In this document: piece by piece, positions 1-9,728 of the stretch
Layout of the letters: each line of letters begins with the position of its first letter
How positions within the stretch are numbered: position 1 is the stretch's first letter
DNA from: Thermoflexia bacterium
Lineage (GTDB): Bacteria > Chloroflexota > Anaerolineae > B4-G1 > SLSP01
DNA length: 64,000 bases
Reading direction: 5' to 3'
Assembly (NCBI GenBank): GCA_011192175.1
Contig: DUEJ01000001.1
Coordinates: 3,090-67,089 of the forward strand
Notes under the pieces: generated by a model
Database searches by the model: none
The model's input: only the letters and a program-made list of their open reading frames with translations
Told to the model about the DNA's origin: nothing
Translations under genes and position numbers: made by a program

Positions 1-1
1 T

Positions 2-1024
2 GAAAATCGCCCTCTGAGCGGCGATCAAGTACGCCAACTGGCAACTACCCGTTCGGCGGGCGATTACGAAGCCGAGGTGCTTCCCGGCGCGACCCGGCAG
101 GATTTGGACCCGGAACTGCTAGCGGAATTTGTCCAAAAGTGGGCGGAGCGTCAAGGGCGACCGCTAACCCGGCCCCTGGATGAGCTGTTGCACGCACAAG
201 GCTGGCTCTCGCCCGAGGGGCGGCCCACCATCGCCGGGATGTTACTCTGGGGAGAGAACCCGCAACTCTTTGTGCCCCGCAGCGGGCTTACCTTTGTGCG
301 CTTTGAGGGCACGAAGATGCGCGGCGCGGGCGGCGAACCAGGCTACGGCCGGCGCGTGGAAGTGCGGGGCCCGTTACCCCGCATTATCCAGCGCACCTGG
401 GAGATTATCCAAGAAGAGATCCAGGTAGGCGCGGTAGTACGCAGCTTGGAGCGGGAAGAGAACTGGGCCTATCCGCCAACCGCGATTCGCGAGGCTCTCG
501 TCAACGCCGTCGCGCACCGTGACTACCGCCTGCGCGGCCGAGCCATTGAAGTGCGTATCTTTGATGATCGCCTGGAAATCTCCAGTCCCGGCGGGCTGCC
601 TGGGTTCATCACCATTGATAACATCGTGGATGAACACTTCTCCCGTAACCCGCGTATCGTTAATGGTCTTTTCCAATGGGGTTACATCGAGGAGTTGGGA
701 CTGGGAGTTGATCTGATGATTGAAGAGATGGTGGGCGCCGGCCATGAACCACCCCAATTCCGCGATACGCCTTTCTCTTTTACTGTGACGTTCCAGGCGG
801 CGCGCAAACAGTGGCTGCGCCAGCGCCGGCTCTCCACCAACGAGCGCCAGGCGAAAGCGTTGGATTACATCCAGAAGCACGAGCATATCACCAACGGTGA
901 ATATCAAGAGCTCTGCCCTAACGTCAGTTCCGAGACTCTCCGCCTTGACTTGGTCGATCTGGTAAAAAAAGGAGTGCTTTTAAAAATCGGGGCCAAGCGC
1001 GGCACCTATTACATCTTGAAGTAA
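2..1024 (+). CDS. ATP-binding protein / putative transcriptional regulator (HATPase_c_4, RecG-C-terminal-like, plus C-terminal wHTH); 5'-truncated by the window edge
   Basis: Frame is open from base 2 (ENRPLSGDQVRQLA...). Motifs REALVNAVAHRDY, IFDDRLEISSPGG, SRNPRI, IEELGLG; C-terminal ITNGEYQELC...GAKRGTYY helix-turn-helix. Confidence 0.8.
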   Translation, partial: ENRPLSGDQVRQLATTRSAGDYEAEVLPGATRQDLDPELLAEFVQKWAERQGRPLTRPLDELLHAQGWLSPEGRPTIAGMLLWGENPQLFVPRSGLTFVRFEGTKMRGAGGEPGYGRRVEVRGPLPRIIQRTWEIIQEEIQVGAVVRSLEREENWAYPPTAIREALVNAVAHRDYRLRGRAIEVRIFDDRLEISSPGGLPGFITIDNIVDEHFSRNPRIVNGLFQWGYIEELGLGVDLMIEEMVGAGHEPPQFRDTPFSFTVTFQAARKQWLRQRRLSTNERQAKALDYIQKHEHITNGEYQELCPNVSSETLRLDLVDLVKKGVLLKIGAKRGTYYILK

Positions 1025-1043
1025 GCTCTTCTCTGACCTATCG

Positions 1044-1076
1044 CGCGCCGCCGGCGAGGTGGCGCGTTTGGCTTTA
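1044..1076 (+). terminator. Probable intrinsic terminator
   Basis: GC hairpin cgcgccgcc/ggtggcgcg followed by tttggcttt, 20 nt after the stop codon. Confidence 0.45.
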
Positions 1077-1092
1077 CTAAAAGACCCAGCAT

Positions 1093-1285
1093 TTCTCCGC
1101 TAAGCCGCTAAGAAAAAATTTAGACCGGGTTGAAAAGTTTATCCCCCACTGGTCAAAGAGTTAATTCTCTGAAGATTAATTTTCGAATCTTTGCGCCTTT
1201 GTGATAAAAATCTATGTTTTTGCAGTAGACTCAATTATCGTATTTTCTCTCAGTGTCTCTAGATTTCTTCTCTGTGTATCTCTGG
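1093..1285. repeat. Composite dispersed intergenic repeat (ccgctaag...ctttgcgcc module, end motif ttttgcagtagactcaa)
   Basis: 1093-1205 aligns by eye with the reverse complement of about 36366-36474 and with 14861-14935. Confidence 0.75.
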
Positions 1286-1387
1286 GTACCCCCTAATGCA
1301 GGCGTCACTTTTACCGTAACGCCTTGACGTTGAAGTTATGCTATTTGGGGATAAACTGATAGCGTCATTCGTGAGAAGGAGAATTGT

Positions 1388-2779
1388 ATGCCGACTTATA
1401 CTATTCATGGGCAGGAGCTTAACGTAATCGAAAAAGGGTCGCCACGCCGGCAAGTAGCGGTGTTGATCCATGGTTGGTCTAGCTCTTGGTATGCGATGTC
1501 GCCGCTCTTGGATTGGCTTAGCCAACGGTTCCACTGTTACGCCGTGGATTTGCCCGGATACGGGGAGTCGCCGCGCCTGCCGGAGCGCACCACCATCACT
1601 GCTTACGCCGAGCTGTTGGCGGAGTTTATCATGCAAGTGAGCACTGGTCCGGTAGTGTTGGTCGGGCACTCGATGGGGGGCATGACGAGCGTGACCATCG
1701 CGTTGCGGTACCGCGTCTTGGTGGAGCGGATGGTACTGCTCAGTCCCACCATCACGGGGCGACTGACCTCATATATCAACGCGGTCGTCTCACCCATCAC
1801 TTTGCTAGAACGTTTCGGGCTGGGGACCTTGCTGGTCTCTTCGATAGAGCGCGCCTTTATGGGACTCACTGACCGCATCATGCGCCCGGCTTCCTTCGCC
1901 GAGCGGAGCGGGATCACAGAGGAGGACTACAAACGCATTCGCGCTGATGCGCGGAATCCCGGTCAGGGGCGCGTGCGGACCGAATGTTTCTTCGCCATGC
2001 GCGAGAATAACTTGAGTGGCCAACTGGCCCAGCTGGATACACCTACTCTCGTCATCTGGGGCGCAGAAGATAACACTGTCCCGTTGAGCGATTCCGGGGT
2101 GATGGCTGACGAATGGCCGGCCGCCGATTTACGGATTCTGCCGCAGGCCGGTCATTGGCCGCAATTCGAGGCCCACGCCGCTACCCGGCGCATTGTCGCC
2201 GCCTATCTAGGCCTGCCGCGTTTTGGCGATAGGCTCTACACCCCCGTCGGGGATGAAGAATTATTACAAGTACACGAGATAGCCCAATTCTTAGCTCATT
2301 CGGGAATCGGCAACGAACTAAATTTTGCACAGCGGTTGCGCTTGGCGGCGCAGTGCCTACCGCATACCTACACGCCAGGAGAAAAGATCGTCGGTGTCAC
2401 TGAGAGCGGAAACGAACTTTACATTATTCACAGCGGCGTGGTGGAAGTTTGGAATGATCCCCAACGGCCTGGTGAAGAGTCGGCAGGGAAACTCCATGTG
2501 GCCGATTTACATCCGGGAGAGTTAGCCGGGGAATTAGCCCTCTTCGATGAGGAAACACGCAGTGCCGATCTGCTAGCCGGCCCGCAAGGAGCTACCTTGC
2601 TCGCCCTGAACCGCGAACGTTTGTTGGGGCTTTGCGAAGATGACGCGGTGCTGGGCACGCGCTTGTTGTGGAATATCGCTGGCGCACTCTCGCAGCGCGT
2701 CCGCTTTATCCTCTGGCAGATGCACCAACTACACCATCAACAACCAATAGTAGACGGTAGACAGGACACAGTTCCCTAA
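1388..2779 (+). CDS. Alpha/beta hydrolase fused to a C-terminal cyclic-nucleotide-binding domain
   Basis: HG oxyanion motif, GHSMGG nucleophile, Asp in GAEDNTVP, His in AGHWP; cNMP phosphate-binding cassette GELAGELALFDEETRSAD. Confidence 0.85.
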   Translation: MPTYTIHGQELNVIEKGSPRRQVAVLIHGWSSSWYAMSPLLDWLSQRFHCYAVDLPGYGESPRLPERTTITAYAELLAEFIMQVSTGPVVLVGHSMGGMTSVTIALRYRVLVERMVLLSPTITGRLTSYINAVVSPITLLERFGLGTLLVSSIERAFMGLTDRIMRPASFAERSGITEEDYKRIRADARNPGQGRVRTECFFAMRENNLSGQLAQLDTPTLVIWGAEDNTVPLSDSGVMADEWPAADLRILPQAGHWPQFEAHAATRRIVAAYLGLPRFGDRLYTPVGDEELLQVHEIAQFLAHSGIGNELNFAQRLRLAAQCLPHTYTPGEKIVGVTESGNELYIIHSGVVEVWNDPQRPGEESAGKLHVADLHPGELAGELALFDEETRSADLLAGPQGATLLALNRERLLGLCEDDAVLGTRLLWNIAGALSQRVRFILWQMHQLHHQQPIVDGRQDTVP

Positions 2780-2885
2780 CTACGATCATCCATTAAATTA
2801 GCATTGCCGGAAACCTGTGGACGGTCTCCGACGACCAATGGCTAACTGATTAGCTGACTAACGACTACCTGACGAAGGAATTACC

Positions 2886-3875
2886 ATGCCCTACTTTGAC
2901 TCTTTCCAACGACCCATCAGCTACCTTAGAGTATCCGTCACCGACCGCTGCAACCTACGTTGCGTTTACTGTATGCCAGAGGGCGGTGTGGCCCAGATAC
3001 CGCACCAGGACATCTTGCGGTATGAGGAACTTGAGCGCATCGTGCGGGTCGCCGTGGGGATGGGCATTAACCATGTTCGCCTCACGGGCGGGGAACCGTT
3101 GGTGAGGAGCGGCATTGTAGAACTGGTGACTGCGCTGGCCGCTATCCCGGGGCTGGATGATCTTTCGATGACGACCAATGGGACCCTGCTAGCGCGTTAC
3201 GCGGACGCCTTGGCCCAGGCAGGCTTGCGGCGGGTCAACATCAGCTTAGATACGCTTGACCCGAAGCGTTTCCGGCAGACGACCAGATTGGGAACACTCG
3301 CCGAGGTGTTGGCGGGGCGGAAAGCCGCGTTGCGTGCGGGCCTGCGCCCGGTGAAGATCAACACGGTGGTGATCCGTGGCTTGAACGATGACGAAGTAGT
3401 CGAGCTGGCGCGGCAGACGTTCCAACCGGATTGGCATTTGCGCTTCATTGAGGTGATGCCGCTGGGCAGTGGCGTACATTGGGCCGGCGATGGGGTGGTG
3501 CCCTCCGCCGAGATCCGCGCGCGTATCGCCGCTGCGTGGGGAGAGCTGACGCCCGTACATGGCAAAACCGGCGTCGGCCCGGCCCGCTACTATCGCCTAC
3601 CTCACGCGGAAGGGACGTTAGGCTTCATCAGCGCCATCAGCGAGCATTTTTGCCATGCTTGTAACCGCCTCCGCCTGACCTCCGATGGTCAAATTTTGCC
3701 CTGTTTGATGTCCAACCAGAGCGTAGATCTAAAAACTCCCCTGCGGGCGGGCGTTGATGACGCAACCTTGCAGGAGATTTTTGAGCAAGCCATCCGGGCT
3801 AAACCCCGAGGGCACCATTTGACGGAAGGTATTTTACCTTTAAACGTCAGACCGATGTCGGGCATTGGAGGCTAG
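2886..3875 (+). CDS. moaA: GTP 3',8-cyclase MoaA
   Basis: [17 protein letters not shown] radical-SAM motif, [12 protein letters not shown]-terminal MSGIGG. Confidence 0.96.
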   Translation: MPYFDSFQRPISYLRVSVTDRCNLRCVYCMPEGGVAQIPHQDILRYEELERIVRVAVGMGINHVRLTGGEPLVRSGIVELVTALAAIPGLDDLSMTTNGTLLARYADALAQAGLRRVNISLDTLDPKRFRQTTRLGTLAEVLAGRKAALRAGLRPVKINTVVIRGLNDDEVVELARQTFQPDWHLRFIEVMPLGSGVHWAGDGVVPSAEIRARIAAAWGELTPVHGKTGVGPARYYRLPHAEGTLGFISAISEHFCHACNRLRLTSDGQILPCLMSNQSVDLKTPLRAGVDDATLQEIFEQAIRAKPRGHHLTEGILPLNVRPMSGIGG

Positions 3876-3879
3876 ACCG

Positions 3880-4362
3880 ATGAAACTATCACATTTAGAT
3901 GAGACGGGCGCGGCACAGATGGTTGATGTTACGGAGAAAAGTTCCACGCAGCGGATGGCGAGAGCTGCCGGCGAGGTCCAGATGCGGCCGGAGACATTAG
4001 CGCTGATTCAGGCCGGGAGTTTGGCTAAGGGAGACGTGTTAGCCGTGGCGCGCGTCGCGGGAATCATGGCCGCCAAGCGCACTCCCACGTTGATCCCGCT
4101 CTGCCATCCACTCCCGATCACCAAAGTAAAGGTGGATTTCTCCTTCGCTGAAGAGCCGTCGCGGGTCAAAATTGTGGCGGAGGTGCGTTGCACCGGCGTT
4201 ACCGGGGTGGAGATGGAAGCCTTGACGGCGGTGAGCGTCGCCGCGCTCACCATCTACGATATGGGCAAAGCCGTCGAGCGCGGCATGCAGATTCAGCAGA
4301 TTCGCCTCTTAGAAAAACATGGCGGCCAGAGCGGCGATATTGTATTGGAAAGAGTCGAGTAG
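3880..4362 (+). CDS. moaC: Cyclic pyranopterin monophosphate synthase MoaC
   Basis: LSHLD...[29 protein letters not shown]. Start set to ATG 3880. Confidence 0.96.
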   Translation: MKLSHLDETGAAQMVDVTEKSSTQRMARAAGEVQMRPETLALIQAGSLAKGDVLAVARVAGIMAAKRTPTLIPLCHPLPITKVKVDFSFAEEPSRVKIVAEVRCTGVTGVEMEALTAVSVAALTIYDMGKAVERGMQIQQIRLLEKHGGQSGDIVLERVE

Positions 4363-4386
4363 TCAGGATGAGTATTCAAAACCAGC

Positions 4387-4544
4387 GACATTCCGAGGAG
4401 AGTGCCACCCGTTTAGCGGGGAGCATAAAGCCGAGGAATCTACCAGCTCTGGGCTAAGCTCGTCGAGAGATGTAATAGTTTCCTCGCTGCGCTCGGAATG
4501 ACACCGTTAGCCGCTCTGGGCCTCCTGACTGAAGCCCCAGAGCG
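4387..4544. repeat. Palindromic intergenic repeat (cattccgag...ctcggaatg) plus adjacent hairpin
   Basis: gacattccgag (4387) pairs with ctcggaatgac (4492); inner cgaggaa/ttcctcg; cgctctggg/cccagagcg at 4512-4544. Confidence 0.6.
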
Positions 4545-4610
4545 TCGCGGATAGGTGAAAAATCTGTATAATTGGTGCAATCGGTGGATAAAATTAAAAA
4601 GGAGCAATTT

Positions 4611-5447
4611 ATGCGCGTTGATTTACACATTCACACCACGGCCTCCGATGGCCGTTGGACGCCGGAGCAGGTGATTGCGGGTGTTCAAGCGGAGGGTATC
4701 GGTCTCTTTGCCATCTCCGATCATGATTCCATTGCCAATGTGGCAGAGACAGAGCGGCTAGCACGGGCGGCCGCGCTACGTTTTCTCCGTGCTGTTGAGA
4801 TCTCCACCACGGTGGGAGGAAATATCTTCCATATTTTGGCCTACAACATTGATCTTAAGGCTCCGGCATTGCGATCTTTGCTGGCTGAGAATACCGCCAA
4901 GATGGAAGCGACTGATGACCACGATATCCGCGCGCTGATCGAATTGGGGTATCCCCTGGATTTTGAGGAGTACCAACATTACACGTATGAGCGGACACGC
5001 GGCGGCTTCAAATCCCTCAATTACCTTCTTGATAAAGGCCTCTGTGCCAGCCCCCAGGAGTTCTTCGAGCAGCTTAGCCCTAAGTTTGGCCGGATTTGGC
5101 CGGATTTTTTGCATCCCACCGAGACGGTAGCGGTGATCCGTGCGGCGGGAGGAGTGCCAATCTTGGCTCATCCGGGAGCGAGTTTTAGAAATTTGGGGGG
5201 CGTGACAGAAGCAACGCTGAACTCACTGTTGCCTTACGGGATCGCCGGCGTTGAATGTTACTCACAGTACCATGATGAAGAGACGACCCAACGTTGCGTG
5301 GCCTGGTGTGAGCGTCATGATTGGCTGATCACCGGCGGCTCGGATTACCACGGGGGCTACGTGAACCGGCAGCTGGGCGTCCCGGTGGTGGATACCAGCG
5401 CCCTAAGCCTAGGAGAATTATTCGCGGCCAGTTGTTTGGGTGACTAA
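4611..5447 (+). CDS. PHP-domain metal-dependent phosphoesterase (TrpH/YciV-like)
   Basis: DLHIHTTASDG, SDHD, LAHP, GGSDYHG. Start at ATG 4611 after aaggag. Confidence 0.9.
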   Translation: MRVDLHIHTTASDGRWTPEQVIAGVQAEGIGLFAISDHDSIANVAETERLARAAALRFLRAVEISTTVGGNIFHILAYNIDLKAPALRSLLAENTAKMEATDDHDIRALIELGYPLDFEEYQHYTYERTRGGFKSLNYLLDKGLCASPQEFFEQLSPKFGRIWPDFLHPTETVAVIRAAGGVPILAHPGASFRNLGGVTEATLNSLLPYGIAGVECYSQYHDEETTQRCVAWCERHDWLITGGSDYHGGYVNRQLGVPVVDTSALSLGELFAASCLGD

Positions 5448-5457
5448 ATTTCATTGA

Positions 5458-5716
5458 ATTTCACCATGAAGGCACAAAGAACACTGAGAAAAAATTAAAA
5501 AACTCGGTACTCTCAGTGTCCTAGTATGATAAAATAGTATGATAAAATTAGCATGGGACCCGGCAGGCAGGCCGTGTCTAGGTCAATCGCAGGCCGCCAC
5601 AGAGTTCTGTGGTGAAAACTGCCCCGGAATATTGAGAGGCTCCAGTATAGTTAAATAGGTTTAATCCAAAACTAAATTTTTTTTTCTTAGTGTCTTAGCG
5701 GTGAACTAGTTTTTTA
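5458..5716. repeat. Composite intergenic repeat region including a 13-bp tandem duplication
   Basis: atttcaccatgaaggcacaaag and ctgtggtgaaa arms; cttagtgtcttagcggtgaac matches 36447-36475; tagtatgataaaa x2 at 5522-5547. Confidence 0.6.
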
Positions 5717-5750
5717 GGGAAGTCAACATTTTGAGTAGCAAAGGAGGTAT

Positions 5751-6755
5751 ATGAGTAATTTTGTAGGCTCTAATTTTTTGTTGGTAGCATTTGTTGGCAC
5801 AGCGTTATTTTTTGATTTTCTGAATGGTTTCCATGACAGTTCCAATACCGTCGCGACCATGATCGCTTCTCGCGCCGTAACCCCGGTGCGGGCGTTAATG
5901 ATGAGCGCTGCCGCGCACTTTGTCAGCCCCTTTATTTTTGGGGTAGCCGTGGCTACCACTATCGGGCATGAGGTCGTTGCGGAATCTGCCACCACCCTGC
6001 CAGTCGTCTGGGCCGCGCTTTTAGGCGCGAGTCTCTGGAATCTGCTCACTTGGTTGTTGGGGATTCCTTCTAGCTCTTCACATGCGCTGGTCGGGGGGTT
6101 AGTGGGGGCTACATTTGTGGGTTTTGGGCCCCAAGCTGTTCTGGTGGATGGGTTGAGTAAGATATTATTGGTCTTGTTAATCTCTCCCCTGCTGGGCTTG
6201 ATTGGCAGCTATATCCTAATGAAGGTTACGCGGTTACTCGCTCGCAGGGCGACGCCACGCATTGATAATTTCTTCCGGAAGAGTCAAGTGGTGACGGCGT
6301 TGGCTTTGGCGTTGAGCCACGGCAGCAACGACGCGCAGAAGACGATGGGCGTGATCACCATGGGATTAGTAGCGAGTGGCACGCTAACCGAGTTCCACGT
6401 GCCTCTGTGGGTGGTGGGCGCGTGTGCCGGAGCGATTTCGTTGGGCACCGCGTTAGGCGGCTGGCGCATTATCCATACGCTGGGTGGCAAATTCTATCGC
6501 ATCCGTCCGATACATAGTTTTGTCTCACAGATCTCATCAGCTGGCATCATCATGGGAGCCGCGCTCATGGGGGGGCCGGTGAGCACCTCGCACGTCGTCA
6601 GTACTACTATTCTGGGCGCCGGGGCCGGAGAACGGCTTAACATGGTACGCTGGCAAGTGATGAACAGTATTCTGGTTGCTTGGGCCTTAACCATTCCGGC
6701 CGCCGCAGCAATGTCTGGGTTAATTTATTGGTTATTAGAAGGGGGCTTAAGATAA
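5751..6755 (+). CDS. pit: Inorganic phosphate transporter, PiT family
   Basis: NGFHDSSN, GIPSSSSHAL, HGSNDAQKTMG, PVSTSH signatures. Confidence 0.93.
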   Translation: MSNFVGSNFLLVAFVGTALFFDFLNGFHDSSNTVATMIASRAVTPVRALMMSAAAHFVSPFIFGVAVATTIGHEVVAESATTLPVVWAALLGASLWNLLTWLLGIPSSSSHALVGGLVGATFVGFGPQAVLVDGLSKILLVLLISPLLGLIGSYILMKVTRLLARRATPRIDNFFRKSQVVTALALALSHGSNDAQKTMGVITMGLVASGTLTEFHVPLWVVGACAGAISLGTALGGWRIIHTLGGKFYRIRPIHSFVSQISSAGIIMGAALMGGPVSTSHVVSTTILGAGAGERLNMVRWQVMNSILVAWALTIPAAAAMSGLIYWLLEGGLR

Positions 6756-6756
6756 G

Positions 6757-7386
6757 ATGGGATTCCTAAAAAACTTGTTCAAACCTAAACCGAATAAATT
6801 TTTAGTATTGTTGGAAAAACAGAGCAAGTTGACGTTGCAGGGCGTCGAGGCTTTGGTTGAATATCTGGATGATCCTACAGAGGAGTGGGCCAACAAAATT
6901 AATAAGTTAGAAAAAGAGGCGGATGAAGTGCGCCGTATCTTGATCGAGGATCTCAATCAGACTTTCGTCACGCCGATTGACCGGGAGGATATCCACGCGC
7001 TCTCACGCAACATCGATGATATTATTGATTACGCTTACAGTACCGTCGGCGAGATGGATATCCTAAACGTGGCTCCCAATGATTTTATGCGGCGCATTGC
7101 CTCGTTACTGGTCGAGGCCACCAATGAAATCTATCTAGGGGTGTTGCGTCTCGCTGACCATCCCGGTGTGGCCGAGGATCACGCGATGCGGGCTAAGGCG
7201 ATGGAGAATCGGGTAGAGTGGGTCTATCGTGAGGCGTTGGGCGCGCTCTTCCAAATGCCCCAGGATGTGGAACATGTGGTAGAGATGCTCAAGCTGCGCG
7301 AGATATACCGGCATTTGAGCAATGCCGCAGATCAGGGGGATGCCGCCGCTAACGTGTTGGGCGATATTGTGGTGAAGATGTCGTAA
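6757..7386 (+). CDS. DUF47 / PhoU-like phosphate transport regulator
   Basis: LEKEADEVRR, TFVTPIDREDI; begins 1 nt after the pit stop. Confidence 0.9.
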   Translation: MGFLKNLFKPKPNKFLVLLEKQSKLTLQGVEALVEYLDDPTEEWANKINKLEKEADEVRRILIEDLNQTFVTPIDREDIHALSRNIDDIIDYAYSTVGEMDILNVAPNDFMRRIASLLVEATNEIYLGVLRLADHPGVAEDHAMRAKAMENRVEWVYREALGALFQMPQDVEHVVEMLKLREIYRHLSNAADQGDAAANVLGDIVVKMS

Positions 7387-7418
7387 GCGTGGCGGGCTTG
7401 TTTTGCGTTGAGACCAAA

Positions 7419-7451
7419 AGACCTCCAATTTCCTTCGGAAATTGGAGGTCT
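7419..7451. terminator. Perfect hairpin between convergent genes (possible bidirectional terminator or repeat)
   Basis: agacctccaatttc-cttcg-gaaattggaggtct. Confidence 0.55.
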
Positions 7452-7486
7452 GGGTTTCTGGCCCCAACGCAAGTTCGGGCTAAACA

Positions 7487-7542
7487 AGCCTGGCGACTGA
7501 AGTCGCGGCTACCTTTGCGAAGTCCACCTGCGTGGACTAGTG
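7487..7542 (-). repeat. REP-like double-hairpin repeat, copy 1
   Basis: 52/56 nt identical to 10853-10908; minus strand reads GTAG-ccgcgacttcagtcgc. Confidence 0.8.
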
Positions 7543-7698
7543 CTGGCTTGGGACGGTTTTCTGCGTAGGCCAAAGTCCCAATGCCAGGAACTGTGCCCGT
7601 GCAACACGATTGGGTTTGGCGGGGTGGCTCGGGCGGGAGACCAGCTACAGCTGACGTTCGCTCTCGTGAGAGGGCCCAGAAAACTTTGCCCGTGGTTT

Positions 7699-8811
7699 TT
7701 AGCCACGGGCATTGCTGTATTGAGCCACAATCGTGGTCAATTGCTCGAACTGTCGCTCCATGTCTGCCAGCAGATACAGCTGTACCCGGCAGCGATCTAG
7801 GTTCTGATTTTCGCGGTGGGTTTTGAAGTAGATGTCACCTTGCAAATAATCGGTCAGGAAGCGGATGCCGTTTTCAAACGTCATCAGACGCGCGGAAAAC
7901 GGCAAATACTCGATCTCCAGCGGGGTGAGGGTCTCGCGCAGCGTGTCCAAGTAACCGTGGGCCAGGCTATCGAAAATCTCCAGGTCAATATGTACTTGGG
8001 AAAAATCTCGGGTATCCTCGGCCACGGGATTGGCGGCGAAGCGCACCGCGTCGCCAAAATCGTAGAGCGAAAGCCCCGGCATCACGGTGTCCAGGTCGAT
8101 AACGCAGATTCCTTGACCGGTCTCGTTATCCAGCATGATGTTGTTGAATTTGGTATCGTTATGCGTGACGCGCTGTGGTAATTTACCCTCGGCGATCAGA
8201 TCAACCAAAACGGAACTCTCCGCCTCGCGTGCCCGGATAAACTCAATCTCTGGGCGCACATATTGTACGCGCTCCAGTAGATCCGCGGCCACCGCCGCCT
8301 CGAACGCCTCAAAACGTTTGCGGGTATGGTGAAAGTGCGGGATGGTCTCGTAGAGCTCCTCGGCGGGGAAATCGCTGAGTAATTCCTGGAAATTACCAAA
8401 AGCGTGCGCCGCGTTATAAACGTGGGCCAGGCTCGCTACCTGCTGGTACGTCTGCGCCGCGGTGATAAAGAGGTAGACGCGCCAATAAGTGCCATCGCTG
8501 TGCTGATAGAACCACTCCCCGTCTAACGTGGGAACGAGGTTGAGCGTCTCCCGCTCCACGTCCCCGTCTCTGGCTTGAATTTTCCGGCGGAGGTGCGCGG
8601 TCACGCGCTCGATGTTCCGCATCAGCTCCACCGGTTTGGTGAAAACCTGGTGGTTGATACGCTGCAAGATGTAATCCTGGTGCTCCGCGCCGGTATGGTT
8701 GCACTTCATCAAGTAAGTGTCGTTGATATGGCCGTAGCCATAAGGGTGGATGGCTTGCACCGTGCCGTGGAGCTGAAATTGCTGGCTGACCTGCGTCAAT
8801 ATTTTTTTCAT
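7699..8811 (-). CDS. APH-fold sugar kinase (N-acetylhexosamine 1-kinase-like)
   Basis: GYGHINDTY, YILQRIN, RVTHNDTKFNN, VIDLDTVMPG, RFLTDYL. Confidence 0.85.
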   Translation of the reverse strand: MKKILTQVSQQFQLHGTVQAIHPYGYGHINDTYLMKCNHTGAEHQDYILQRINHQVFTKPVELMRNIERVTAHLRRKIQARDGDVERETLNLVPTLDGEWFYQHSDGTYWRVYLFITAAQTYQQVASLAHVYNAAHAFGNFQELLSDFPAEELYETIPHFHHTRKRFEAFEAAVAADLLERVQYVRPEIEFIRAREAESSVLVDLIAEGKLPQRVTHNDTKFNNIMLDNETGQGICVIDLDTVMPGLSLYDFGDAVRFAANPVAEDTRDFSQVHIDLEIFDSLAHGYLDTLRETLTPLEIEYLPFSARLMTFENGIRFLTDYLQGDIYFKTHRENQNLDRCRVQLYLLADMERQFEQLTTIVAQYSNARG

Positions 8812-9726
8812 TTACGTTGCCTCCCAGAGTTTCGAGGGATAGCTGCCCCGGTTGATTAGCTCCTGGAGAGCACGTCTGACCCGTGGTTTGTCCTCGCGAT
8901 AGGTCACGCCTAGCCAACGTTCGTCCGTCTGCAACACGCAGACCGTCGCTTTGTCCGCACGGACGAGCTTGCCAACCACTGCCGGCAGGAAATACTCGGC
9001 TTTTGGTTCTGCCCCATGTTGGGCCAGGAAGCGCGGGAAATCTAGCTCCATCTCGGCGAAGAGGCTGGGGGTGAAACCCCACATATTCATGGAGACGAGG
9101 GCGTCGGCGGGGAGGGGATGCCATTGGCCGTTAGCTTGGTATTGGATACCGGCGGCGCGTTGCTCAATGTGTAGGCGTTCATCAACCTTCACGAGGAGAC
9201 CGTTTTGGATTGTGCAGACGCCGCGTGATACATACCCATGCTCGGTCACGGTGTTACGGAGCTGGTAGCCGACCATGCAGTAGTTGTGCCGCCTCTGTTT
9301 TTCCCCAGCCACTTGTTGTAGGTAAGCGCTCAGGATTTGATAGGCGCCGCGGCCGTAGAAGTCATCGGCGTTGATGACGGCAAAGGGCGCCTTGACTACC
9401 TTTCGGCAACTGTAGACCGCGTGCGCGGTGCCCCACGGTTTCTTTCGGGCTGGGGGCAGGGTGAAGTTCGCCGGCACGTCCGTGAGCCGCTGGTAGACAT
9501 ACTCGGTAGCGCAGACCTGCTCAATAGCGTGTCCTACCTCGGCGCGGAAGGTCTCGGCCAGCTCCTCTTTGATGACGAAGACCACGCGGCTAAAGCCTGC
9601 TTGCAGCGCATCGTAAACGGAATAGTCGATGATTTTCTCGCCGTGGGGGCCAACTGGATCGATTTGTTTGAGGCCGCCGTAGCGGCTGCCCATGCCGGCG
9701 GCCATCACAATTAATGTGGGTAGCAT
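8812..9726 (-). CDS. Sugar-phosphate nucleotidyltransferase family protein
   Basis: MAAGMGSRYGGLKQ, KPWGTAHA, INADDFYG, VSMNMWGF. Start set to ATG 9726. Confidence 0.85.
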   Translation of the reverse strand: MLPTLIVMAAGMGSRYGGLKQIDPVGPHGEKIIDYSVYDALQAGFSRVVFVIKEELAETFRAEVGHAIEQVCATEYVYQRLTDVPANFTLPPARKKPWGTAHAVYSCRKVVKAPFAVINADDFYGRGAYQILSAYLQQVAGEKQRRHNYCMVGYQLRNTVTEHGYVSRGVCTIQNGLLVKVDERLHIEQRAAGIQYQANGQWHPLPADALVSMNMWGFTPSLFAEMELDFPRFLAQHGAEPKAEYFLPAVVGKLVRADKATVCVLQTDERWLGVTYREDKPRVRRALQELINRGSYPSKLWEAT

Positions 9727-9728
9727 AA

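Noticed and set aside
2780..2885. Moco riboswitch upstream of moaA
   Set aside because: The spacer is about 100 nt of simple repeats with no recognisable riboswitch structure.
7699..8811. Aminoglycoside resistance gene
   Set aside because: APH fold only; the motifs and operon with galE and a nucleotidyltransferase point to a sugar kinase.
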